This document shows positions 1-6,757 of a DNA stretch of 34,186 bases, in pieces. Position 1 is the stretch's first letter. Every line of letters begins with the position of its first letter. Source of the stretch: an uncultured Ignavibacteriaceae bacterium (GTDB taxonomy: Bacteria > Bacteroidota > Ignavibacteria > Ch128b); contig CAZNDS010000002.1 in the NCBI GenBank assembly GCA_964571865.1, positions 1,973 through 36,158 on the forward strand, in the 5' to 3' direction. A model generated the notes under the pieces. That model was not told where the DNA came from. It made no database searches and was given only the letters and a program-made list of their open reading frames with translations. Made by a program: the position numbers and the translations under genes.

Positions 1-1804
1 ATGCGCTGATAGGGACTTTCTTGGCGCCGTACGGCTCTTCGTACTTCAGCTGGCGAGTATACCAGTTGGTGTTCAGCAGGCTCAAATTTACGATCCGAAT
101 ATCCCTCCGCACGCCTTCAACGTCCTGTAAATACCAAAGCGGAAATGTGTCATTATCACCATTTGTAAATAGAATTGAATTCGGCTCGCAGCTTTGCAAT
201 ATGTTATATGAAAAGTCCCACGGTATCCAATTTTCGGCTCTGCTGTGGTCGTCCCAGTTTTGCACTGCCATATTTATTGGAACGGCAACCAATGCAACGC
301 CAACAATCCCGAATGCAAGTATTTGAGATAAACTTTCTGATTTAAGTTTTTCTCTGACCAGCTCTATCAATCCGGAAACGGCAATTCCGATCCAAATCGC
401 ATACGTGAAAAATGCGCCAACGTAAAAATAATCTCTTTCGCGCGGCTGCGGCTGCTGCTGGTTTTGATAAAGAGCGGTAAGAATTCCCATCAATAAAAAC
501 ATAGAAAGTATGCTTGCCGCTAACTTCCAATCACGTCTGAAATGATAGTACAATCCAATCAGCCCCAGCAATAATGGAATTCCGTAATATCGATTTGGAA
601 ATTTACTTTCGTCTCCAACAAATGAATCGTTCGCTTTTCCAAACCAAATGCTCTTTGCATCCTGGATGTCGCCTTCTCTTCCAATAAAATTCCAATAAAG
701 ATAACGGTTGAACATGTGATCAATTTGATACCGCCACATGAAGTCCATATCGCTGGAGTAGTTCGTATAAATTCCTTGTTGGTGCGGTTCCTGGCTGTAA
801 CGTCTTTTGAAAATCGGGAAATCGCCATACTGCTCACGATTGATATAATAAACAAACTCGTTAATTGTATCGGGCTCATTTTCATTCATCGGCGGATAAG
901 CATTCGAACGAATAATTACCATTGTATATGATGTGTATCCCATAAAAATTAGAAACAGAGAAGTAATTCCGAGAAATGCGACTGGGTGATTGTTTTGTTT
1001 TGCCCAATAGATCCCATAAATCAAAAGTGCAATAAATCCAACTATGATAAACAACTTCAATATAATGTTATTGCCGCCAACTGCTGCGAGAAGTTTTGGA
1101 AAATATTTTATTATACCAGGGTATACCGCCCAGAATGCAAGAACATTAACAACTCCCATTATAATAAATGTTTTTTGTGTCACTTCATACTTCTTGAAAT
1201 AAATTAGAAGAATAATAGTAAGAATCGCAAGCACACTGAGAAGATGCACTCCGATTGAAAGTCCAATAATAAAAGCAATCAGCAAAAGAATTCTTTCGTT
1301 GCCTTTTTCATCTGCTTTTTCGTACCATAAAAGCATCAGCCAGGTGATGAAAGCTACAAAGAAAGTTGAGATCGCATAGACTTCGGCTTCAACAGCATTG
1401 AACCAAAATGTATCCGTGAATGCATACGTCATTGCACCGACAAATGCCGCACCATAGCATGATATTGCTTCAAACAGATTCGATGGCTTTGCATTTCGAT
1501 AAAAATTAATAAGCTTAACAATTACAAAGTACAGAAACATTATCGTGAATGCACTTGAGAGTATTGAAACTGTGTTCATCCGCAAGCCAAGATTTTCCAC
1601 AAACGGCACCATCATAAAAAGTCTTCCAATAAGGAGAAACAATGGTGCGCCCGGCGGATGGGGCACTTGTAAATAATAAGATGCGGCAATAAATTCACCG
1701 CAATCCCAGAATGAAACACTCGGCTGAACTGTCATAAAATAAACAATTGCTGAAATTACAAACGCAGCCGCACCTAAAATTCGATTAATCAACTTATGAT
1801 TCAT
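1..1804 (-). CDS. DUF2723-family polytopic membrane protein (TMEM260-like putative glycosyltransferase); C-terminal part cut by window edge
   Basis: Not in the supplied ORF track because it has no stop inside the window. Minus-strand ATG at 1804-1802, then an unbroken frame down to position 2 (about 601 codons by hand translation): MNHKLINRILGAAAFVISAIVYFMTVQPSVSFWDCGEFIAASYYLQVPHPPGAPLFLLIGRLFMMVPF... It has many hydrophobic spans. The FWDCGEF / PHPPGAPLF N-terminal signature is what I recall for DUF2723. Track ORFs 21..326, 342..530, 559..885, 716..931 and 986..1207 are other-frame or antisense shadows. Confidence 0.75.
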   Translation of the reverse strand, partial: MNHKLINRILGAAAFVISAIVYFMTVQPSVSFWDCGEFIAASYYLQVPHPPGAPLFLLIGRLFMMVPFVENLGLRMNTVSILSSAFTIMFLYFVIVKLINFYRNAKPSNLFEAISCYGAAFVGAMTYAFTDTFWFNAVEAEVYAISTFFVAFITWLMLLWYEKADEKGNERILLLIAFIIGLSIGVHLLSVLAILTIILLIYFKKYEVTQKTFIIMGVVNVLAFWAVYPGIIKYFPKLLAAVGGNNIILKLFIIVGFIALLIYGIYWAKQNNHPVAFLGITSLFLIFMGYTSYTMVIIRSNAYPPMNENEPDTINEFVYYINREQYGDFPIFKRRYSQEPHQQGIYTNYSSDMDFMWRYQIDHMFNRYLYWNFIGREGDIQDAKSIWFGKANDSFVGDESKFPNRYYGIPLLLGLIGLYYHFRRDWKLAASILSMFLLMGILTALYQNQQQPQPRERDYFYVGAFFTYAIWIGIAVSGLIELVREKLKSESLSQILAFGIVGVALVAVPINMAVQNWDDHSRAENWIPWDFSYNILQSCEPNSILFTNGDNDTFPLWYLQDVEGVRRDIRIVNLSLLNTNWYTRQLKYEEPYGAKKVPISA

Positions 1805-2012
1805 TTTATCCTCGATTATAAAGTTTTGGGAATCCAATATAATTTTTAACCCCTCTTATTTCAAGAATAAAAGAGGTTGAGCTAAAAACATCAGATAAAA
1901 TCAAACTATTAACACCTATTTTTTGTTATTTGGACGACCAAAATGATTTCAATGTTCAAATTGAATATCAGATTAGACTTTCATACTTTTACAATAAAAT
2001 TCAGAGGCATAA

Positions 2013-2705
2013 ATGAAAAACTTGCTCTGTTTGCTTGTAGTCTTAATTTCGACCTTTAACGTTCTTTATCCACAAGCAGTTTCCAAATATGTCAACGTAC
2101 CTTTAAAGATTGACGGAAACCTTACAGACTGGGATTTCGCCGAGTGGTATTGGATGAAGCCGCAGGATGCGAACTGGAAAGATTCAGCAAGGTTCGCCTT
2201 GTTTTGGGACGAAAACTATCTCTATGTAGCTTTTGAAGTTTTTAATTCACACCTTCAAGCAGAACAAACTGAACGGGATGCAAACGGGCTTCATATGGAT
2301 GATGGTGTGGAGATTCTAATTGATCCAAATTTAGATAGAAGCTTAGATTGGAGAGATGACGATTTTGCATATCACATAAACATTTACAACGCAATTCTTG
2401 ATGATAGAGGACTGAATGATGAGGGAAAATATAACAATGATTGGAATGGCGAAATAAATGTCGTCGTTCGAACTTATGGAACAATAAACGAACCGATTGA
2501 TAAAGATTGGGGCTATACTGTTGAGGCGGCGATCCCGTGGAACGAAATTGGATATCTACCATACGCTGGAAAACAATTCGGGGCAGACTTTTGTGTAAAC
2601 GATCGGGATGATTTAATCGGCAAGTACAGATATTATGACTGGATGGGATTGAAGAAATTTCATGTCCCTTCTGGATTCGGCACGGTGACTTTAATTTATG
2701 AATGA
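2013..2705 (+). CDS. secreted carbohydrate-binding (CBM9/DOMON-like) domain protein
   Basis: 230-aa ORF with a signal-like N-terminus (MKNLLCLLVVLISTFNVLY). It then shows IDGNLTDWD ... YLYVAFEV ... DDGVEILIDP ... GYTVEAAIPW, a pattern I associate with CBM family 9-like modules. An AGAGG lies just upstream of the ATG. Confidence 0.55.
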   Translation: MKNLLCLLVVLISTFNVLYPQAVSKYVNVPLKIDGNLTDWDFAEWYWMKPQDANWKDSARFALFWDENYLYVAFEVFNSHLQAEQTERDANGLHMDDGVEILIDPNLDRSLDWRDDDFAYHINIYNAILDDRGLNDEGKYNNDWNGEINVVVRTYGTINEPIDKDWGYTVEAAIPWNEIGYLPYAGKQFGADFCVNDRDDLIGKYRYYDWMGLKKFHVPSGFGTVTLIYE

Positions 2706-2742
2706 TATTTTGAAAATAATTAACCAATAAGGAGAAATAATA

Positions 2743-3144
2743 ATGGGAATCAATTTCTTAGCAATTATAGTTGCAGCAGTCTTTAACTTTGTTTTAGGTG
2801 CATTTTGGTATTCGCCTGTGTTATTTGCAAAACAGTTTATGGGCGCCATCGGAAAAAGTGAAGAAGAGCTTAAGCAGGGAAGCAACAAGATGATGTATTT
2901 ATATCAGTTCATTGCCATTTTGATAACCACCTACATTCTTGCTCACTTTGTAGATTTTGCATTGGCAGATTCATTCTGGAAGGGAATTCAGACAGGTATT
3001 TGGGCATGGCTTGGATTTGTTGCGGCAACTCAAATTGCAGGCGTTGTGTTTGAAGGAAGAAATTTGAAATTGTATTTGATCTACGTTGGTTATCAACTCG
3101 TTGCTATTTCAATCAGCGGTGGAATCTTAGCCATCTGGAAATGA
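2743..3144 (+). CDS. DUF1761-like small integral membrane protein
   Basis: 133-aa ORF with an AAGGAG Shine-Dalgarno at 2729-2734 and about 4 hydrophobic spans. The N-terminus INFLAIIVAAVFNFVLGAFWYSP resembles DUF1761. Confidence 0.6.
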   Translation: MGINFLAIIVAAVFNFVLGAFWYSPVLFAKQFMGAIGKSEEELKQGSNKMMYLYQFIAILITTYILAHFVDFALADSFWKGIQTGIWAWLGFVAATQIAGVVFEGRNLKLYLIYVGYQLVAISISGGILAIWK

Positions 3145-3160
3145 CGATCTTCAATCAGCC

Positions 3161-3208
3161 AGGGCGCAGAGTATTTTCCATTGAATGATTAACTTTACTC
3201 AGCGCCCT
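3161..3208. terminator. GC-rich hairpin between convergent genes (bidirectional intrinsic terminator candidate)
   Basis: AGGGCGCAGAGTA (3161-3173) pairs with TACTCAGCGCCCT (3196-3208) at 12 of 13 positions, with a loop of about 22 nt. It sits between the stop of 2743..3144(+) and the stop of 3228..3740(-). Confidence 0.5.
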
Positions 3209-3227
3209 TGCGATATAAGTTTGTCTT

Positions 3228-3740
3228 TCACTTTCTCGAATGAACAAATCCTCGATAAGGTGTTGCAGATTGGATTGATATAAAAGCTTTAGAATCGATT
3301 TTATCAATTATTTTGATAGCTTCTTCCTGTCGTCTTCGCGTAGTCAATATTACTAAAACCGCAACTCCCCCTCTTCCGCCTTCTGCAGGAAGGATTGTAA
3401 CTCCAAAATTATTTTTTCTTAATTCGTCGGCGATCTTGTCTGTAAAATAAAGTGAAATAGTATAGAGCTGAACGAATCCTACTCCGAACTTCTGTTCAAC
3501 ATAGATTCCGAGTACATTGCCGAGTGCAAATCCGGTCGAGTAGCCGAGTATGTTCCACAAATTATCAAGGTGCAGCATCACATGTCTGATTGCAAAGATC
3601 CAAATCGTAACTTCAATGAAGCCCAAAATCCCGGCTTGATATTTTCTTCCCTGCACAACCATCAAAGTTCGAACAGTGCCAAGCGTAACATCGGCAACTC
3701 GCATTGACATGATCATCAACGCACTTAAGAATATTTCCAA
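3228..3740 (-). CDS. UPF0316 / DUF2179-family membrane protein
   Basis: 170-aa ORF. The N-terminal half is membrane-embedded (RVADVTLGTVRTLMVVQGRK...) and the C-terminal half is a soluble domain (GVTILPAEGGRGG...AFISIQ). This architecture is typical of UPF0316 proteins. Confidence 0.65.
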   Translation of the reverse strand: MEIFLSALMIMSMRVADVTLGTVRTLMVVQGRKYQAGILGFIEVTIWIFAIRHVMLHLDNLWNILGYSTGFALGNVLGIYVEQKFGVGFVQLYTISLYFTDKIADELRKNNFGVTILPAEGGRGGVAVLVILTTRRRQEEAIKIIDKIDSKAFISIQSATPYRGFVHSRK

Positions 3741-4014
3741 AACTTCTCCTCAGTTTATTACAAAAGTAAGACATTTTTTTTTGATCGATGAAAGACCTTG
3801 TTTAATTTTAAATGCATAAGCTCTATATTTACACCGGAAACTGATTTTCAAATCAAAAACAATAAAAAATAATTATGATAATAATTCACAGACTTGATGA
3901 ATTCATTTATGAAACTTTTCCTAATTTAATTGGTCTGACAAAGTTGGAAGTTAATTTTAAGAATGAGTACGAGCAAGCAAAGAAAATATATCATAAAAAA
4001 TAAATTGAATTAAA

Positions 4015-5997
4015 ATGGACGGAAACTCCTTAAACAACTTGTCCCGATCCTTCGGGATACTTCAAGACCAATTGGAAAAACTGAAACAGATTTTTCCCGA
4101 AGCCATTACGGAAGGAAAAATTGATTGGGAGAAACTTCAAGCTGCACTCGGCAAGGAAAATATTGAGTTTAGAAACGAACGCTATGTTTTGAATTGGGCG
4201 GGCAAAACAGATGCATTTAAAATTTTGCAGCAGCCAACTACTGCAACTCTTAAACCCATTAAAGAAGAATCTGTAAACTTTGATACTACGGAAAACATTT
4301 TTATCGAGGGTGAAAACCTTGAAGTGCTGAAAGTGCTGCAAAAATCTTATTACGGAAAAGTAAAAGTTATTTGTATTGACCCGCCGTATAACACAGGAAA
4401 CGACAGCTTTATTTATCCCGACAGTTTTAAGGAAAGCAGAGAAGATTACAAAAAAAGAATTGGCGATGTGGATGAAGAAGGTTATTTGATGAAAGAAGGT
4501 ATGTTCCGCCGCAACAGTAAGGACAGCGGGCATTACCACAGCAACTGGTTAAGTATGATGTACCCGCGCCTTTTCCTTGCAAAAAATTTACTGCGTGATG
4601 ATGGAGTTATCTTTGTCCACATTGATGATAACGAAGTGCATAACCTCCGCTTAATTATGAATGAGATTTTTGGAGAGGAGAATTTTTTTGCCCAAGTTAT
4701 TGTAAGGTCAAACAGTAGAGGGCAAACTTATAAACAAATTGCAAAAACTCATGAATATATTCTTGTTTATACCAGAAATGTTGAGACTGATTTGAACGAA
4801 TTGGAAAAAGATGAAGAAAATTACGATCTGAATCTTAGTGATACTATTGGAAACTATAATATAAGGGAGTTAAGAAATAGAAATCCAAAGTTTGGCAAAC
4901 ATAATAGACCCAATCTTTTTTATCCAATTTATACTAATCCAAATTCCTCTGACAAAGATGGATTTTCACCAGTGAGTTTGGTAGAAACTGAAAATTATTA
5001 TGTGGAAATATTGCCACTTAATTCTGAGAAAAAAGAAAGTTGTTGGCGCTGGGGACAAAAGAAATGTAATTCAAACATTAATCCAAATACACTTGAAAGT
5101 AATTTAGTAGCTAAGAAGAAAAGCGATGGTTTATTTGGTATTTATGAAAAATACAGAAAGGCAACATACAAACCGAAATCAATTTGGGATGATAATAGTT
5201 TCTTAACTGAAGCCGGCACCGTAGAATTAGGAGAATTGGGAATTGAAAATATTTTTGACTTTCCTAAACCAGTTGCTCTTGAAAAACAAATATTAAATTT
5301 ATCGATACAAGATGATGACATTGTTCTTGATTTCTTCGCTGGTAGTGCAACAACCGCCCAAGCAGTTTTAGAACAAAACAAAGACGACGGCGGCAGCAGA
5401 AAATTTATTTTAGTGCAGCTTCCAGAAAAATGTGAAGAAGAAAGCGAAGCATACAAAGCCGGTTATAAAACAATTGCAGATATTGGTAAGGAGAGGATAC
5501 GGCGTGTAATAAAGAAATTGAACGAACAATGTAATGCTGAACGAATTGAAGCAACTAAAAAGGAAGGATTGTTTCAAACAGATTTTCAGAATGACAGGTT
5601 GGATTTGGGTTTCAAAGTTTTCAAACTCGCTCCATCTAACTTCAAAATCTGGAGAGGCAATGAAATCACGGAAGAAAATTTAGTCGAACAGCTTGATGCT
5701 TTCACAAACCCGGTTAAAGAAGGCAGCGATAAAGAAAACATGCTTTATGAGTTAATGCTTAAAGCCGGTCACTTACTAACAGATAAAGTGGAATACAAAA
5801 ACAAACTTTATTATGTTAAAAGTGGAGAGTTAATAATTGCTCTTGAAGAGATGAGTCAAATACTAATTGAAGAGACAATTTCTGCAAAACCGAAGAAAGT
5901 AATTACACTCGATTCTCTTTTCGCTTGTAACGACCAGCTAAAAACAAACACCGTATTGCAAATGCGCGATGCAGAGGTTGATTTTAGAACAATATGA
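4015..5997 (+). CDS. mod: Type III restriction-modification DNA methyltransferase (Mod), beta-class amino-methyltransferase
   Basis: 660-aa ORF. Catalytic motif IV DPPYNTG (aa 122-128) comes before the SAM-binding motif I LDFFAGSATTAQAV in the C-terminal third, separated by a long variable region (TRD). This IV-TRD-I order and the size fit Type III Mod. A Res-type helicase-nuclease lies downstream on the same strand. Confidence 0.9.
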   Translation: MDGNSLNNLSRSFGILQDQLEKLKQIFPEAITEGKIDWEKLQAALGKENIEFRNERYVLNWAGKTDAFKILQQPTTATLKPIKEESVNFDTTENIFIEGENLEVLKVLQKSYYGKVKVICIDPPYNTGNDSFIYPDSFKESREDYKKRIGDVDEEGYLMKEGMFRRNSKDSGHYHSNWLSMMYPRLFLAKNLLRDDGVIFVHIDDNEVHNLRLIMNEIFGEENFFAQVIVRSNSRGQTYKQIAKTHEYILVYTRNVETDLNELEKDEENYDLNLSDTIGNYNIRELRNRNPKFGKHNRPNLFYPIYTNPNSSDKDGFSPVSLVETENYYVEILPLNSEKKESCWRWGQKKCNSNINPNTLESNLVAKKKSDGLFGIYEKYRKATYKPKSIWDDNSFLTEAGTVELGELGIENIFDFPKPVALEKQILNLSIQDDDIVLDFFAGSATTAQAVLEQNKDDGGSRKFILVQLPEKCEEESEAYKAGYKTIADIGKERIRRVIKKLNEQCNAERIEATKKEGLFQTDFQNDRLDLGFKVFKLAPSNFKIWRGNEITEENLVEQLDAFTNPVKEGSDKENMLYELMLKAGHLLTDKVEYKNKLYYVKSGELIIALEEMSQILIEETISAKPKKVITLDSLFACNDQLKTNTVLQMRDAEVDFRTI

Positions 5998-6025
5998 GAA
6001 CTACAAATTATTTTTCGAATTGTAC

Positions 6026-6212
6026 CCTTATTACCTTAGTAATTACGGACGAGAAAGTAAGTATCAACCTTATTACCTTAGTAACTAACCTGGAACTGAA
6101 TGATAGAGAAAAGAAACCTTATTGCCTTAGTAACGGGAACAATAAGCAGAATAATTTACCTTATTACCTTAGTAACAGAAACTGTACGAAAAAAACTAAC
6201 CTTATTACCTTA
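6026..6212 (+). repeat. left array: five direct copies of a 20-bp repeat (consensus AACCTTATTACCTTAGTAAC)
   Basis: Copies at 6026-6042 (17-nt core), 6066-6085 (perfect), 6115-6134 (1 mismatch), 6157-6176 (first base differs) and 6198-6212 (truncated 15-mer AACCTTATTACCTTA, ending 5 nt before the ATG at 6218). Start-to-start spacing is 41-49 bp and the spacers are unrelated to each other. Confidence 0.9.
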
Positions 6213-6217
6213 TCACA

Positions 6218-6658
6218 ATGAAAATAGAGTATAACAATCTATATACCCACTTTATTTTAATAACAAAAAACAGACTCCCACTAATTTCTACGAATTATAG
6301 ACTAAGAATTGAAAAATTTATTACGGGCGTCATTAGGAATCATGATTCAAAATTATACGCAATTTATGCCAACCCGGAACACGCGCATTTACTTGTATCC
6401 CGTTCGCCTAAAATATCGGAAGAAACACTAATTACAAGAGTTGCTGATAGTTCACGAAAATTTATAAACGAAAACAAACTTTGCGCCGGGAAATTTGAAT
6501 GGCAAAATTCTGCTTCTGCTTTTTCTGTATCTAAAGCTGATGTTGATAAAGTTTGCAAGTATATTCTCAATCAACCAGAACACCATAAGAAAGTAAGTTT
6601 TCAGGATGAGTATGACAGCTTTATAAAATTTTATCAAAAAACTTTAAAGTGGGAATAA
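6218..6658 (+). CDS. single-domain HUH / Y1 tyrosine transposase (IS200/IS605 TnpA-like, RAYT-like)
   Basis: 146-aa ORF. YTHFILITKNR N-terminal strand; HUH motif H55-A-H57 (NPEHAHLLV); WQNSASAFSVS; catalytic-Tyr helix KY115ILNQPEHH, comparable to QYIENQ of IS608 TnpA. Size and motif order match the Y1_Tnp family. Confidence 0.8.
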   Translation: MKIEYNNLYTHFILITKNRLPLISTNYRLRIEKFITGVIRNHDSKLYAIYANPEHAHLLVSRSPKISEETLITRVADSSRKFINENKLCAGKFEWQNSASAFSVSKADVDKVCKYILNQPEHHKKVSFQDEYDSFIKFYQKTLKWE

Positions 6659-6750
6659 GGTAATAAGGTTACGATTTATGAGTTCAGTAGTTACTAAGGT
6701 AATAAGGTCGTATTATGTTAGTTCAGATGAGTTACTAAGGTAATAAGGTT
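6656..6750 (-). repeat. right array: three copies of the same 20-bp repeat in inverted orientation
   Basis: TAAGGTAATAAGGTT at 6656-6670 is a truncated 15-mer, the exact reverse complement of 6198-6212, and contains the ORF stop codon TAA 6656-6658. GTTACTAAGGTAATAAGGTc lies at 6690-6709 and a perfect GTTACTAAGGTAATAAGGTT at 6731-6750, which ends 7 nt before the res ATG. Confidence 0.9.
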
Positions 6751-6757
6751 AAGTAAG

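Larger units (their letters stand above)
6024..6750 (+). mobile_element. REPtron-like / IS200-like module (HUH transposase plus flanking inverted repeat arrays) inserted between mod and res
   Basis: The Y1 transposase ORF is flanked by opposed arrays of one repeat family. The module occupies the whole 760-bp mod-res gap. Its true ends and its mobility are not demonstrated. Confidence 0.5.

Noticed and set aside
21-1207. Track ORFs 21..326(+), 342..530(-), 559..885(-), 716..931(+), 986..1207(+)
   Set aside because: All lie inside the long minus-strand DUF2723-like reading frame, in other frames or on the other strand. Their translations are low-complexity and motif-free.
2242-2888. Minus-strand ORFs 2242..2727 and 2691..2888
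   Set aside because: They are antisense shadows of the CBM9-like and DUF1761-like genes, which have signal/TM features and Shine-Dalgarno sequences. The antisense translations show no motifs.
4030-5456. Minus-strand ORFs 4030..4539 and 5142..5456 inside mod
   Set aside because: They are antisense to a gene with unambiguous methyltransferase motifs, and their products are Phe/Lys/Asn-rich AT-bias artefacts.
4015-5997. Phase-variable simple-sequence repeat inside the Type III mod gene
   Set aside because: I looked for tetra- or pentanucleotide tandem repeats and long homopolymers. Only short A7/T7 runs, typical of AT-rich DNA, are present, so there is no evidence for an SSR-based switch within mod.
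5994-6221. 75-aa ORF overlapping the mod stop (ATGA) and spanning the left repeat array
   Set aside because: Its sequence (LITLV... LITLV... PYCLSN... PYYLSN... LITLS) is simply the translation of the 20-bp DNA repeat in shifting frames. The periodicity belongs to the DNA, not to a protein, and there is no recognisable domain.
6026-6750. CRISPR array interpretation of the regularly spaced 20-bp repeats
   Set aside because: The repeat is too short for a CRISPR repeat. There are only 5 plus 3 copies, split into two opposed arrays around a transposase-like ORF. Spacers (21-29 bp) are short and variable, and no cas genes are present in the window.
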